A stretch of 46,602 bases of DNA. Origin: a virus. The position numbers were made by a program, and so were the translations under genes. Positions 15,057 through 25,132 of the stretch are shown here, in pieces. Within the stretch, counting starts at the first letter, position 1, and each line of letters starts with the position of its first letter. The stretch lies in UHGV virus genome UHGV-0186543. One strand, written 5' to 3'. Below the pieces are notes generated by a model. The model saw only the letters and a list, made by a program, of their open reading frames with translations, had not been told where the DNA came from and made no database searches.

Positions 15057-16693
15057 CCCGCCGCCGCTGGTTTATCAAACATCGCACCACGGTTGTACGA
15101 ACTCGCAACTTGTCTCAGCCCGTCGAGCACACCTGATGCAGCAGCCTGCTGTGTTGATTGTGGATCTGCCGCTCCGATAATATTGATTTCAATTTTATTG
15201 TTTTGCTCTGGCGCTGGAGTTGCGACTGCCTGTCTCAGCGCTTCAATATTCAACGTTGCTGAGTTTTGTGATTCAGGCGTTGAGTCTTTATTTATTAATC
15301 CAGTAAACGGGTTAGCAAATGAGAGCATTGATTCAGCCTGTGATTTTGCAGGCGCAAGACGCTCAGGGTGTCGCATATTATCTACGGCTTCGTCGGCTTT
15401 TGCTTTTGCTACATTATCTGCTGCCAGTCCTGGATTCGGTGAATATTTACCACCACTATCCATGAATTCCTGATACGCTTTATTATATTCTTCGTTATAT
15501 ACGCGCTGTTCCTCGTCTGTTTTCTCGTCCGGAATTAACCACTCAAGTTTTTTTGCTACTGCCCAAATTATTTTTCCGAATTTAACGCAAGCTTCGCCAA
15601 AACTGACTATCCCCTCCCACATTTTTTTCATGCTTTCGGGCTTTACCCACTCAGTAATTGTGTTGACAAATCCGCCCTGATTGTCCTTAAACCATGCTGT
15701 AAATGTTTCGCGTACTGAGTCAAACGTCGGCGCGAGTTCCCCCCCGATTTTACCGAGTGTATCTGCAAGCCCCGACGTAATAGAGCCCCACAGATTTGTC
15801 ACTGATACATGCGCACGCGCCGCTCCTTCCGCACCCTCTTTTGTTAACAGATTCGATTTTTGCGCGTCGGCCATTGTCTGTTCCCAACTTTTACCAGTGG
15901 CCTTCATATACGTCATGATTTTATTAGCTTCGCCCCCCATGAGCTGGTCAGCAAGACTCGCCGCTTGCTTCTCATCTTTCATTTCAGAGATGCGACGCAT
16001 AACCTCATTAAACTGTTTTTCCCGATCCCAGCCAGCCATTCGTTTTTTCGTCAGGCCGATTTGAAACAACATGGGATTCAGGTTTTTTTCGTTTCCGATT
16101 TCGCCGATTTTATTTGTAAGTTCTTCTGACAAATCCCCGATATTTTCGCCGTTAAGCCCGGCTGCTTTACCGATATTGTCCCACGCAGCGTATTTTTCGA
16201 CGCCAACCCCGTAGGACTTCGCCAGACCGAGTTTTTCTGACGTCTCTGCATTCATTGCCAGCGCACCAGCAGCAGCACCGCCGATGAGCCCCGCCGCGCC
16301 AAGTGTCCCCCATTTGATGCCTTTTCCTGTTGCCTTTATCGTTCTTGCAGTCGCTCCACCGCCCCATTTTGCAGCCCCTTTTGCGCGACCCGTCCACTTC
16401 TCCAGCCGTTGTTTTTTAGCAAGCTGAGTATTCAGCGCCTCCTGGTCCTGCGTTGTCGCTTTTATTCGACGGTCCAGCTTTTGATACTGAGCAGATAAAT
16501 CAGAAACGTCTTTACCTGCCAGTTTCATTGCTGCGATTTTGTCTTTTAATTTATCCTGACTTTTCGTTAATTTCCCGACAGTAGACGACGTCTGCCGAAT
16601 CGCATCATTGAGTTCTGTTGTACCGCGACGAAACGACGGGTCTATTCGCCCACCGAATACAACCTGCGTTTTAAAGTTTTGAGAAATAGCCAT
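15053..16693 (-). CDS. tail tape measure protein
   Basis: 546 aa, Ala/Gly/Lys-rich with coiled-coil character. Positioned between the chaperone and gpU. Confidence 0.85.
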   Translation of the reverse strand: MAISQNFKTQVVFGGRIDPSFRRGTTELNDAIRQTSSTVGKLTKSQDKLKDKIAAMKLAGKDVSDLSAQYQKLDRRIKATTQDQEALNTQLAKKQRLEKWTGRAKGAAKWGGGATARTIKATGKGIKWGTLGAAGLIGGAAAGALAMNAETSEKLGLAKSYGVGVEKYAAWDNIGKAAGLNGENIGDLSEELTNKIGEIGNEKNLNPMLFQIGLTKKRMAGWDREKQFNEVMRRISEMKDEKQAASLADQLMGGEANKIMTYMKATGKSWEQTMADAQKSNLLTKEGAEGAARAHVSVTNLWGSITSGLADTLGKIGGELAPTFDSVRETFTAWFKDNQGGFVNTITEWVKPESMKKMWEGIVSFGEACVKFGKIIWAVAKKLEWLIPDEKTDEEQRVYNEEYNKAYQEFMDSGGKYSPNPGLAADNVAKAKADEAVDNMRHPERLAPAKSQAESMLSFANPFTGLINKDSTPESQNSATLNIEALRQAVATPAPEQNNKIEINIIGAADPQSTQQAAASGVLDGLRQVASSYNRGAMFDKPAAAG

Positions 16694-17083
16694 CGATTTT
16701 CATGACCTCGTTTACATAGAAATTAAAAACCCGGTACGGCAGGTCCATTTGCGTATCGGGCGGGATGGCAAGTTTTTTCGCAATAAACGGAATCAGAATA
16801 ACTATATCTGATGTCTGTCTTTCGGGGGCTTTACCAGTTCGTTAAACGCAGCCTCCATTTGATCGTAATCGCACGCAGGCAGTGCATATAAATCCTCTCG
16901 ATCCAGATTTGCCAGGCGCGCCAGCATTGTCGCTGTCCGCTCTTCAAGACCACTTTTATCGTTACTGAACATAATGCGGTCGCGTAATTTTGGTTCGCGA
17001 ATAGTAATTGTATCGCGGCTCTCGCCCTTAATAATAAATGGTCGAGAGAGCGTAATAGTCATACTGTCTAATAATGATTCCAT
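16671..17083 (-). CDS. -1 frameshift-extended tail chaperone (gpE+E' / G-T analogue)
   Basis: The -1 frame is open from 16840 to a TAA at 16671-16673. Candidate slip site G GTA AAG at 16829-16835 (lambda uses G GGA AAG). The 108-bp apparent gap before the tape measure gene is filled by this frame. Confidence 0.45.
16802..17083 (-). CDS. tail assembly chaperone (gpE / lambda G analogue)
   Basis: 93 aa, between the tube and tape measure genes. Confidence 0.7.
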   Translation of the reverse strand: MESLLDSMTITLSRPFIIKGESRDTITIREPKLRDRIMFSNDKSGLEERTATMLARLANLDREDLYALPACDYDQMEAAFNELVKPPKDRHQI

Positions 17084-17095
17084 TTTATTTGCCTT

Positions 17096-17608
17096 TTAAT
17101 ATACATGGAGGATTCGAGCAACGCCCGCAAGGACGTCAACACCATTAATTACTCGTTTCATTTTTGCTGGATGAATCTCGTAAATAATTTTTCCATTTTG
17201 AACTCGTTTATAATAACTCGGCGCAATCGTTACTGATTGCCCAACTGCTGATTTTGAATCAGTCCCCTGAGCGTCATCAGTGATTGCCGTAATAAGACCC
17301 TCGTAGGTATCAATACGCTCAAAATTTATTCCATAGGAGTCTGTGTACGCACTACGAATTTCAAACCGCGTCCTGACTCCCGGTATTAACCCGAAATAGC
17401 TCATAACACCAGAATCAGAACCAGAAACTTTAAAACTGGCTGACATTTTCTCCATCCCCCCATCCAGTGTTATGGCTGTATCCATCGAGCCTGTTTTAAA
17501 CTCGTCCTCAATTATTTTCATATCAACAGGAGTATATTCAGTACAATTTAAAACCCGTTCACCTTGCACGAATAGCGCAAACGCGCGGTAAGCGTTGCTA
17601 TCTGACAT
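17096..17608 (-). CDS. tail tube protein
   Basis: 170 aa, immediately after the sheath gene. P2 FII-like size and position. Confidence 0.8.
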   Translation of the reverse strand: MSDSNAYRAFALFVQGERVLNCTEYTPVDMKIIEDEFKTGSMDTAITLDGGMEKMSASFKVSGSDSGVMSYFGLIPGVRTRFEIRSAYTDSYGINFERIDTYEGLITAITDDAQGTDSKSAVGQSVTIAPSYYKRVQNGKIIYEIHPAKMKRVINGVDVLAGVARILHVY

Positions 17609-17625
17609 ATTTACTCTCCGAATTA

Positions 17626-19125
17626 TCAGGCTGTTTCTTTAAAAAGTGAGGCCAGTGCTTCAACTGTATAGTCATTATTAATGCGGTACATTAACGTAAT
17701 TGTTTGTGCCGGAGATTTCGGACCAAAATCAACATTAATATAAAGATTACCAGCGGCCAGACTTTCTTTTGTATTCAGCTCACCGTCTAACCACGCACGC
17801 CCTCCGTTAATCGCGCCCTGCTCCTCTAATTTGTGCAGATATGCGTTTATCGACTCGACAACGTCTGTTCCGAGGTGCAGGTCTATCGGACGATCAATAA
17901 AATCGGTCATCATTGCCCGGGCTATAGAATCCTCAATTACGTCAGCTGTTCGACGAACGCATTCAAAGGACCATTGGGGACTGAGGCTACACAGATAGTT
18001 ACCCCAGTGCCGGAACCCGTCATAGCGAATAATTGTGCTGACCTGACTGGCGTTCAACAGGTTCGCTGTGCAGTTTGTCTCACCAATAATAAAATCGTCG
18101 ACTTGTTCAAGCCCCGTAACTCCGTAGATGTTTTGGTTCGATTTACTCCACCAGAATCCTTTTTCATTATCAATTCTGGCTCGTAAACCAGCAGCGATAG
18201 CTGAATACGGACGAGATAACCCACTAACATCGCTCGTAGAATAAACACGAGGGCGCAGAATTTCCATTCTGCCGCCGTACCTCTGACGACGATTCACAAC
18301 GTCAGCAGGCGTAGCGCCTCGCGGTGAATCGATATACCCAACACCTCGTAATTTATTTGTCACCACTTCAAGTTGTTCAGCGATATAATCGTTAGCACTA
18401 TAATCTGGAGCAATTAAAATTCTCGGAGTCACTTGATTTATTTGTGCAGACGTCAACAATGCGTTAATCCCGTTAACGACGTTCTGCCTCATTTTTGTTT
18501 CGTCGTTGTCTTCTTCAACGCGGACAACAACAATAATAGCGTCATCCTGATTTAGTATTTCAGATACAGCGGGAGGAAGGGTGCCAGACCCACCGAGCAA
18601 TCCAGCTTTTTTCTGACTGCCTGCAATTACCGTCGGAATATTATATTTGAACGATTCGTCTTTGCCACCTGATAAATTTGTTGGAGGAAGAGCGAACACA
18701 GTCCCCGTTCCTGCGTGATCACCACCGAATGTGACATTAATATATTCCCCGATTTGTAGCCCTTCTTTATACTGCTGGTTCTGATCATACATTTTTGACG
18801 GAGTCATCGCGCCGTCTGTAAGCATTGTCAATTTTCTCGATCCGTCAGGCAGTGTACTATATCCTGGAGTTGCTACATTCCCGTTAATACCGAGATTGAC
18901 GATTTCGACAATCCAGTTGTTTCCGTCGGCCCCTGGCGTGACAGTTGAAAACTGAACAAGATTATCTGCGAGTTCAGATCCCCATAGTAGTGATGCGCAT
19001 GTTGGGGCGCTCGCATCCGGGGCCGTGCCGACGATACCGATAACGGAAATATCGACCGTGCTGATCTCTTTTGTTCCGTCGTCGTATTCGAGCGTGCGTG
19101 GGCCGTGCAAAAAATTAGTGCTCAT
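17626..19125 (-). CDS. contractile tail sheath protein
   Basis: 499 aa. The N-terminal FLHGPRTLEYDDGTKEISTVDISVIGIVGTAPDA is typical of sheath proteins. Confidence 0.85.
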   Translation of the reverse strand: MSTNFLHGPRTLEYDDGTKEISTVDISVIGIVGTAPDASAPTCASLLWGSELADNLVQFSTVTPGADGNNWIVEIVNLGINGNVATPGYSTLPDGSRKLTMLTDGAMTPSKMYDQNQQYKEGLQIGEYINVTFGGDHAGTGTVFALPPTNLSGGKDESFKYNIPTVIAGSQKKAGLLGGSGTLPPAVSEILNQDDAIIVVVRVEEDNDETKMRQNVVNGINALLTSAQINQVTPRILIAPDYSANDYIAEQLEVVTNKLRGVGYIDSPRGATPADVVNRRQRYGGRMEILRPRVYSTSDVSGLSRPYSAIAAGLRARIDNEKGFWWSKSNQNIYGVTGLEQVDDFIIGETNCTANLLNASQVSTIIRYDGFRHWGNYLCSLSPQWSFECVRRTADVIEDSIARAMMTDFIDRPIDLHLGTDVVESINAYLHKLEEQGAINGGRAWLDGELNTKESLAAGNLYINVDFGPKSPAQTITLMYRINNDYTVEALASLFKETA

Positions 19126-19130
19126 TTATT

Positions 19131-19364
19131 TTACTCTCCTGATTCGATTATAATTGGAGCCACATATTCAGCAACATCACCAAATTCACCGGCCACAGCT
19201 CGCCCGTATAGATTTCTACCGTATAATGTGGAATCGGTTTTAGATGCGGTAAATAAAATATCACTACCGATACCTCTGATATCACAATTAATATCAATAC
19301 TATTGCCTGATGTGCTAGAATAACGCGGTAATTTTATATTTGAAAAATCATCATCTTTAAACAT
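19131..19364 (-). CDS. hypothetical protein downstream of the tail fibre gene (77 aa)
   Basis: Occupies the position of a fibre chaperone or accessory gene but is much shorter. No motif recognised. Confidence 0.5.
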   Translation of the reverse strand: MFKDDDFSNIKLPRYSSTSGNSIDINCDIRGIGSDILFTASKTDSTLYGRNLYGRAVAGEFGDVAEYVAPIIIESGE

Positions 19365-19369
19365 TTTAT

Positions 19370-20314
19370 TTAGGCCACTCTAATGAAATTTGTTGCAAAA
19401 CTCGCTGTAAAAATATCTTCGGCATTACCGTCTGTCGGTTCGGAACTCGACGGCATATACCCTGAGAGCGCCCACAGGCCAGGCAGGGATTCTGCTGAAA
19501 ATCCTATACTAATAATAACGTCGCTAATTAACTGCGCATTTCGTCTATATGTATACGCAGGAAAAATCAATGAACCTGCAATAGTATCCCCGGGTTTATA
19601 GTGCATAACAGTCTCGTTACTAAATCCAAATCCTGCATAAACAACTGAGCCGACAGCTGCAAACGCAGGCACCACCGGTGCAGGGTCATCGTTAGCATCA
19701 ATTAAATTGTCAATGTCTTCTTTGGTGTAATAATCATCAAGATTGACGCCGATATTTTCCCGCGCCGTTTTTTGCGCCGCCGCGCCTTTATCTTTGATTT
19801 CAGATAAATTTTTGCTTATCTGCAAATAACGCTTATCTGCATCTGTCTGACTAATTCCACTACTATTATCAATAATAACGTTAACAGTAGACGTGCTGGA
19901 CACCGCGAGTGTGTATTTATACGTGATTGAAATCAACGCACCGTTACTGTCCGTCGGTTTCAAAATATCCGGTGAACGTGCAACTGAGTACAGCTCCCCT
20001 TTATCTGTTAATATCCCCACCTCGCGGATGGTATAACCGCCGGTTTCCGGCGGTACGTACAGTGTAAAAATGACCTGATTACCGCTATTTTCTGACGATT
20101 TAATATCTCCGCGATACGTCTCGTGAATTAATGCTGTTCGGGCCGGGTCTGGCGTCACGTCGCCGTTTCCGTTTGCGTCACCAATAACGAATTTATTCAG
20201 CACCACGGGTACACCCGATGCCAGCGCAGCGGCTTCAAGTTGCGCCCCCCGGTCTGTCAGCACCGCATAAACCTGGCTCGCGCTCACTTTCAGATTTGAT
20301 TTTAATTTAGCCAT
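19370..20314 (-). CDS. tail fibre protein (tail-collar N-terminal domain)
   Basis: Start at ATG 20314 (MAKLKSNLKVSASQVYAVLTDRGAQLEAAA..., VLNKFVIGDANG). P2 gpH-like conserved N-terminus with a short divergent C-terminus. Confidence 0.75.
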   Translation of the reverse strand: MAKLKSNLKVSASQVYAVLTDRGAQLEAAALASGVPVVLNKFVIGDANGNGDVTPDPARTALIHETYRGDIKSSENSGNQVIFTLYVPPETGGYTIREVGILTDKGELYSVARSPDILKPTDSNGALISITYKYTLAVSSTSTVNVIIDNSSGISQTDADKRYLQISKNLSEIKDKGAAAQKTARENIGVNLDDYYTKEDIDNLIDANDDPAPVVPAFAAVGSVVYAGFGFSNETVMHYKPGDTIAGSLIFPAYTYRRNAQLISDVIISIGFSAESLPGLWALSGYMPSSSEPTDGNAEDIFTASFATNFIRVA

Positions 20315-20933
20315 TAGGTCCAATCTCCACTAACAGACTCACAATTGGTGAGCCTGATATATATAATCCGCCATTTAATTTCACGCCACCATCACCATCG
20401 GCTGGTATATCAACATCCAATTTTGCGTAAGGACTTCCGGCAATAAAAAACTCACCGTCAACACCTGTTTCGAAATTTATTTCCTTTAATAATGAACGAC
20501 AATTTTTTGCATCAAATATTTGTGCAATAAATGTATTCAATAGCTCTAAATCTAACCCCATACTTTTTAGCAGATATATTTTAATTGCGAATGTATACGG
20601 GTCGTCCCTGGGTGTGGCTTCAAACCACTCTCTCATTTTGCTCTCAAATCCAACTGTTAATAACGCTCGTTCAACAGCTCCACGCGTTCCGCGGTGCTTG
20701 TTCTGCCACGCAGCTGCTTTAATAATTTCGCGTTTTTGCTGCTCGCTCCAGTCGGGGTTCCAGTAGGTGACGGCGTATTCCCACGCCAACCACGGCAACA
20801 GATTTGCAGGACACAAATCGGGATTTTTAATAATTCGAATATCGCCAGGCAGATCGCCAACGTGAGATAAAACAGATTCCAGCGCTCTCTCGGGGGTTAT
20901 TGCGTTCGGAGGCAGTACGCTTTGACTTGTCAT
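20307..20933 (-). CDS. baseplate/tail protein I (P2 gpI-like)
   Basis: LLPWLAWEYAVTYWNPDWSEQQKREIIKAAAWQNKHRGTRGAV matches the gpI signature. Confidence 0.8.
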   Translation of the reverse strand: MTSQSVLPPNAITPERALESVLSHVGDLPGDIRIIKNPDLCPANLLPWLAWEYAVTYWNPDWSEQQKREIIKAAAWQNKHRGTRGAVERALLTVGFESKMREWFEATPRDDPYTFAIKIYLLKSMGLDLELLNTFIAQIFDAKNCRSLLKEINFETGVDGEFFIAGSPYAKLDVDIPADGDGGVKLNGGLYISGSPIVSLLVEIGPNG

Positions 20934-20935
20934 GG

Positions 20936-21856
20936 CTACCCCATTTGCACGCTGAGTTTGATTTCTGTGCAGTGCGGGGCCTGTCCGACGCCAGCGATCA
21001 CATCCTCTGTTGGCGATATCAGAATCACACGCTCAGTGCCGTCACGGTGTATCGCATCGTAAATTCCCGACAGGGCTGCTGTCGCCCCGATTTTATGTTG
21101 TGTAGCCACGTATATAGCTAAATCGCTTTGTGCACCGTTGAGCAACACGTTCTGATCGGGACCGAGCCCCGCTACGATAACGGCTTCAACCCGGTAATTC
21201 AGGTTCGACGCAGGTTTTACTGTCACGAAATCAGTTAGTGGCCGAGTGTCGTCAGGAGACAGGGCCGCGTTCACTGTATTCAGTAGTGATTGTGGCGGAG
21301 TGCCGTCGCCGGTTCGCGACAGGACATACATATCGACGTATCCAGGCTGGGTCACGGGGGGGCCGTATGCCTGAGCAGACAAAACGTCTGGATCACTCGA
21401 TAGCGCGAAATAGTTATAGGCGTTCGTACTGCCGGCAGTATTCCGCGCGTACCACGATAGCTGTATGCGATGACGATACTCGTCGTCACTCTCGTAAACC
21501 GCCTCAGTCGGGGGAATTACATCGGGATTAGCTGGCGTTATCAACAGCCGCAGGCAGTCAAAATTAACGCCAATCTGGTCGAGGTCACTCCCTTTTGCAA
21601 ACGCGAGCAATACAGCGAGCATCCCCTGATTTACCCGGGCTGTAATAATGATTTCTCTGTATGCAACTATTTCCAGCAGTTTAACGGCCGGGTCTGACTC
21701 CAGGAGTGCGTTAAATTGTGGATATAATATCTGCAGCTCTGACAGTAGATTAGATTTAACATCTGAAAATAACGGGGTTTTAACGAATGCTGGCGGCGGC
21801 AGCAGACTCATATCAATAGTTTTCACTATCGAACTCTGAACTGTTGATGTTATCAA
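20936..21856 (-). CDS. baseplate protein J (P2 gpJ-like)
   Basis: 306 aa, between the gpW and gpI analogues. Confidence 0.8.
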   Translation of the reverse strand: MITSTVQSSIVKTIDMSLLPPPAFVKTPLFSDVKSNLLSELQILYPQFNALLESDPAVKLLEIVAYREIIITARVNQGMLAVLLAFAKGSDLDQIGVNFDCLRLLITPANPDVIPPTEAVYESDDEYRHRIQLSWYARNTAGSTNAYNYFALSSDPDVLSAQAYGPPVTQPGYVDMYVLSRTGDGTPPQSLLNTVNAALSPDDTRPLTDFVTVKPASNLNYRVEAVIVAGLGPDQNVLLNGAQSDLAIYVATQHKIGATAALSGIYDAIHRDGTERVILISPTEDVIAGVGQAPHCTEIKLSVQMG

Positions 21857-22194
21857 AATATCAGCTCCATATTATTAAACTCTAATCGCTGTTGTGTTTC
21901 GATATCTGTTGCGATAATTAATATTGTTATTTTCCCGATATCCACTGCTAACACATTTATTCTGTCAATTCTGACGCGTGGTTCCCAGCGTGCTATTGCT
22001 CCTGCACTTTCCATTATTATTCTCATAGCAAGCGACGGATCAGTGGGATTATCAACGAGGTCAAATAATTTGCAGCCGTATTCCGGCAACATTACACGGG
22101 TTCCCAGCGGGGTCGTTAAAATATCAACGATAGACTGACAAATGTGATCAGTCCCCGATAAAGACTTACCAGTGTTACGGTCCATTCCAAGCAT
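21853..22194 (-). CDS. baseplate protein W (GPW/gp25 family)
   Basis: 113 aa. GTDHICQSIVDILTTPLGTRVMLPEYGCKL is a gp25-like motif. Confidence 0.8.
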   Translation of the reverse strand: MLGMDRNTGKSLSGTDHICQSIVDILTTPLGTRVMLPEYGCKLFDLVDNPTDPSLAMRIIMESAGAIARWEPRVRIDRINVLAVDIGKITILIIATDIETQQRLEFNNMELIF

Positions 22195-22196
22195 AT

Positions 22197-23099
22197 TTAC
22201 GCCATTGGTTGATTTGGTTTATCTGTTTCTCCGTCAGGGCATATGTGCGTATGCCCGTTATATGTAATACGCATCTCATTCATTGTGCCTTGTCGGTCCT
22301 GTACCTCTTGCCCTGCTAACACACTACCGCGAGTTGTGATATTACCGGTTCCACCGTTATCTCCAGTGACAGAAATATCGTTACGGAATATCGCTAATTT
22401 ATCTACTACTAATGTCTCGGTAATATGAGTTGGACCAGCTAGTGTTATCCCACCCGGAGCCCACGCACTGATTGTTTGAGCTGTCAGCGATATTTTGTTC
22501 GCAGCAGTAATACTAACAGAACTCGTTGCTATAACGTTCACTAAATCAGCATGTGCGTTAATTGTGTCTGTTGCTGTCACATTAATAATATCAGCGTCTG
22601 CGTTAATTAATTTTCCACCGTGAATATTGACAACATTTTCGCTATTAATAGTAACGTCTGCACGTCCGAATATTTCTATTTCAGACTCACCGAGTATTTT
22701 TACTACGCCGTCCGGTACGCCCTGCCATGTCAGAGTGTGATTTTTTGTGTTATACGTCATCGTAGCCCCATCACAGTATGCAGTGACATGATCATGGGGG
22801 TCATTGCTTGGCGGAGCTTTGTCGTCAATGTGCAGCCCGAGCATAACTACACCATTACGCGTGTCCCCACCCTCAGAAACAACAGTAACGGGATCGCCCA
22901 CTGATGGTGCGCTCCAGTCGACGCGTTCTGAGGTGGCGTGAGTAAACCACTGCAGCCAGCCTGACTGGTGTTCACCACCAAATGAGACTCGGCAGCGGGG
23001 AGGATTCATTTTAACTGCAGCTATCGTGCCGCGTTTAACTGCGTCACGCAGCCTGCGCGCGTTCTCCGCTGCAGCATATTCATCGTCCGATTGGGCCAT
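22197..23099 (-). CDS. baseplate central spike (P2 gpV-like)
   Basis: Start at ATG 23099 (GAGGG 8 nt upstream). PRCRVSFGGEHQSGWLQW resembles P2 gpV GRCRVQTGGMCTDWLQW. Confidence 0.75.
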   Translation of the reverse strand: MAQSDDEYAAAENARRLRDAVKRGTIAAVKMNPPRCRVSFGGEHQSGWLQWFTHATSERVDWSAPSVGDPVTVVSEGGDTRNGVVMLGLHIDDKAPPSNDPHDHVTAYCDGATMTYNTKNHTLTWQGVPDGVVKILGESEIEIFGRADVTINSENVVNIHGGKLINADADIINVTATDTINAHADLVNVIATSSVSITAANKISLTAQTISAWAPGGITLAGPTHITETLVVDKLAIFRNDISVTGDNGGTGNITTRGSVLAGQEVQDRQGTMNEMRITYNGHTHICPDGETDKPNQPMA

Positions 23100-23616
23100 A
23101 ATAGTCGCCCTCATGTTCTGCGCCGATATCTGGCGCTATTCCGACATATAAATTTTTCAGGGTTCCCTGTGATGGGTAATCGAAAATATCTGGACCAACG
23201 CCTACAACCTGCGTGAACGACACGCACTGAACTGAATGCGAACCGACTGACTGCCCGTTTTTAATCCAGTCGCACGGTTCCGCGTCGCTGAATTTTGCCG
23301 GTTTAGTTCCGGGACCGAACATTCGCCCATTGATCCAGCTCGTCATATAGAGCGCTGCATTCTGCGATTTCAGTCCGTACTGATCAGCTGCAAACTCCCG
23401 CAGCAAATACAAATTACACGACAGCTCGACTGACTGAATTGAGCCTGGAACCGATTCGTCACTCTGTGACCAGTTGCTGATTTCCATGAACAGAGCTGGC
23501 GTTTCAAATCCTGCCGGAATTTCTGGATAAATGCCGAATGTTTTGATGAACGGTATTTGTAAAACCGCGCCTTTAACGCGATCAAGATATTCGTCAAATG
23601 CATCCAGTCCGCTCAT
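23080..23616 (-). CDS. neck/tail completion protein (unassigned, 178 aa)
   Basis: Call rests on position between the head-tail joining genes and the baseplate block. Confidence 0.5.
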   Translation of the reverse strand: MSGLDAFDEYLDRVKGAVLQIPFIKTFGIYPEIPAGFETPALFMEISNWSQSDESVPGSIQSVELSCNLYLLREFAADQYGLKSQNAALYMTSWINGRMFGPGTKPAKFSDAEPCDWIKNGQSVGSHSVQCVSFTQVVGVGPDIFDYPSQGTLKNLYVGIAPDIGAEHEGDYYGPIGR

Positions 23617-24293
23617 AATCGTTTCCCTGTTTTTGGGTCTACGTGGACATTACCTTTCACGCGACCACGCAAGTCCTGTTCAAAAAAACCTATGAACACG
23701 GTGCCAATGTTTTCAAAAATATAATCATCGATAGCATCCTCCAGCGCTTCGTGCACCGGTACGCGAGCCTCTTCGATTCCTCCGCGAGCCAGTCGAATCC
23801 AGACACTTTTCGCACCGTAGCGTTTCGCTACGAATGAATCGGGCCAGCTCATCATCGCCAGCCCCGCGCTCCTGGGGGTAAACGTTGCGCCGCGAGCGCC
23901 TTTTTTTGTTTTCAAAAACAGACCGGTCTCAGGATCGCGAGGCTGTTTTTGCCTCCGTGGATTTTGTAATCGCCCCTTTAGCTCAGATACCCGGAAATCA
24001 TTCAGACCGTACCAGAGCTTGGCGCTGCTCAGGTCTCCTGCAGTTTCTTTTGATATGTTCCGGATTTTGACGAACGGTTTTACGCGTTTTTCTGCGGCCT
24101 TACGCCCTTTAACCGCCAGCGATTCGATGATCATTCCCACCGAGACCCGGTGCATATGTTTTGCAGTTCGGTTCAGTGCCCTGTTGTATGCCATTAACAT
24201 TTGATGTTGCGTCGCGCTGATTTCGACTCTGAGCTGCTCCAGCGCCGAAACATCGATATCGAACATCTGCGCGTTACTACGTAAATCAGCCAC
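23613..24293 (-). CDS. neck/virion morphogenesis protein (unassigned)
   Basis: Start set at GTG 24293 behind SD AGGGGGG. The ORF track extends to GTG 24317. Confidence 0.5.
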   Translation of the reverse strand: MADLRSNAQMFDIDVSALEQLRVEISATQHQMLMAYNRALNRTAKHMHRVSVGMIIESLAVKGRKAAEKRVKPFVKIRNISKETAGDLSSAKLWYGLNDFRVSELKGRLQNPRRQKQPRDPETGLFLKTKKGARGATFTPRSAGLAMMSWPDSFVAKRYGAKSVWIRLARGGIEEARVPVHEALEDAIDDYIFENIGTVFIGFFEQDLRGRVKGNVHVDPKTGKRL

Positions 24294-24304
24294 GGTTCCC
24301 CCCT

Positions 24305-24328
24305 TAAGTGGGACCACGGTCCCACTTA
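24305..24328. repeat. 24-bp near-perfect palindrome at a gene junction
   Basis: TAAGTGGGACC-ac-GGTCCCACTTA. Includes the stop codon of the upstream FII-like gene and abuts the SD of the next gene. Confidence 0.85.
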
Positions 24329-24706
24329 GTATTTTGAATACTCGCTGTTTTCGCTGGACGTATGAGGCTCTAAAAAAATATTCGTGAGCCCGACGCCGTC
24401 TGCTTGTGGCTCTTTAACTACGTAATCGGTCCAGCCAGACCAGGTAACAGAGCCGTCAGCAGCGATACTGCGCTGCTTTGGGACCTGGACAACGTCACGC
24501 GCAACAACGCCAGCGACGTCGTCTGAGAGCGCCGTCAGGCTCGTTACTGTACCGGTAATAAAACCGGCATGAGGAACGTCAACGCGCGCGTAAGGCTCGT
24601 TAAAAATAGCGATAACGGGGTCGGTTTTACCGCCTAATTTGATTGGCCGTCCCCACTCACGAATCATCTCTTCGTCGCCAGCCCGGAGGTCATCGTAGTA
24701 GCTCAT
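24326..24706 (-). CDS. head-tail joining protein (lambda FII-like)
   Basis: 126 aa. Follows the FI-like gene as in lambda, with a loosely similar sequence pattern. Confidence 0.55.
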   Translation of the reverse strand: MSYYDDLRAGDEEMIREWGRPIKLGGKTDPVIAIFNEPYARVDVPHAGFITGTVTSLTALSDDVAGVVARDVVQVPKQRSIAADGSVTWSGWTDYVVKEPQADGVGLTNIFLEPHTSSENSEYSKY

Positions 24707-25122
24707 AGAGCGTAAACGTGACCAGCTGCGATGAGGTCTGCGACTTCAGGCGAATCGACAATAATTTCACGGCCTTCGGCAACAATCTCGCGAACACGAC
24801 GCCCGTTCACGTAGTGATAAATATCCAGTGTGTTACGCAGCTTTACGCGACGCGTAATTAATGCGATTTTCTGCTCTTGTGACTGTGAAACGATGGTGCT
24901 CGTAATTGATTGAGCGAGATCGCTATCAGTCCCGGGCGCAGTATTCACCGCGATCTCGATGCCTCCCGCGTCACCAGATTGCTCATTCAGAATATCGAGC
25001 TCTGACTCAGCACCGGCGACGATTGATTCAAGTTCCGCAGTAGTCCCGCTACGCGGTAATTCGCGACCGAGCTGTGCGCTCAGATCGTCGATTCTCGCCA
25101 GCAATTCTGTTTTTGTGCTCAT
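24703..25122 (-). CDS. DNA packaging/head accessory protein (lambda FI-like)
   Basis: MSTKTELLARIDDLSAQLGRELPRSGTTAELESIV resembles lambda FI MTKDELIARLRSLGEQLNRDVSLTGTKEELALRV. Confidence 0.6.
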   Translation of the reverse strand: MSTKTELLARIDDLSAQLGRELPRSGTTAELESIVAGAESELDILNEQSGDAGGIEIAVNTAPGTDSDLAQSITSTIVSQSQEQKIALITRRVKLRNTLDIYHYVNGRRVREIVAEGREIIVDSPEVADLIAAGHVYAL

Positions 25123-25132
25123 GTTGATTCCT

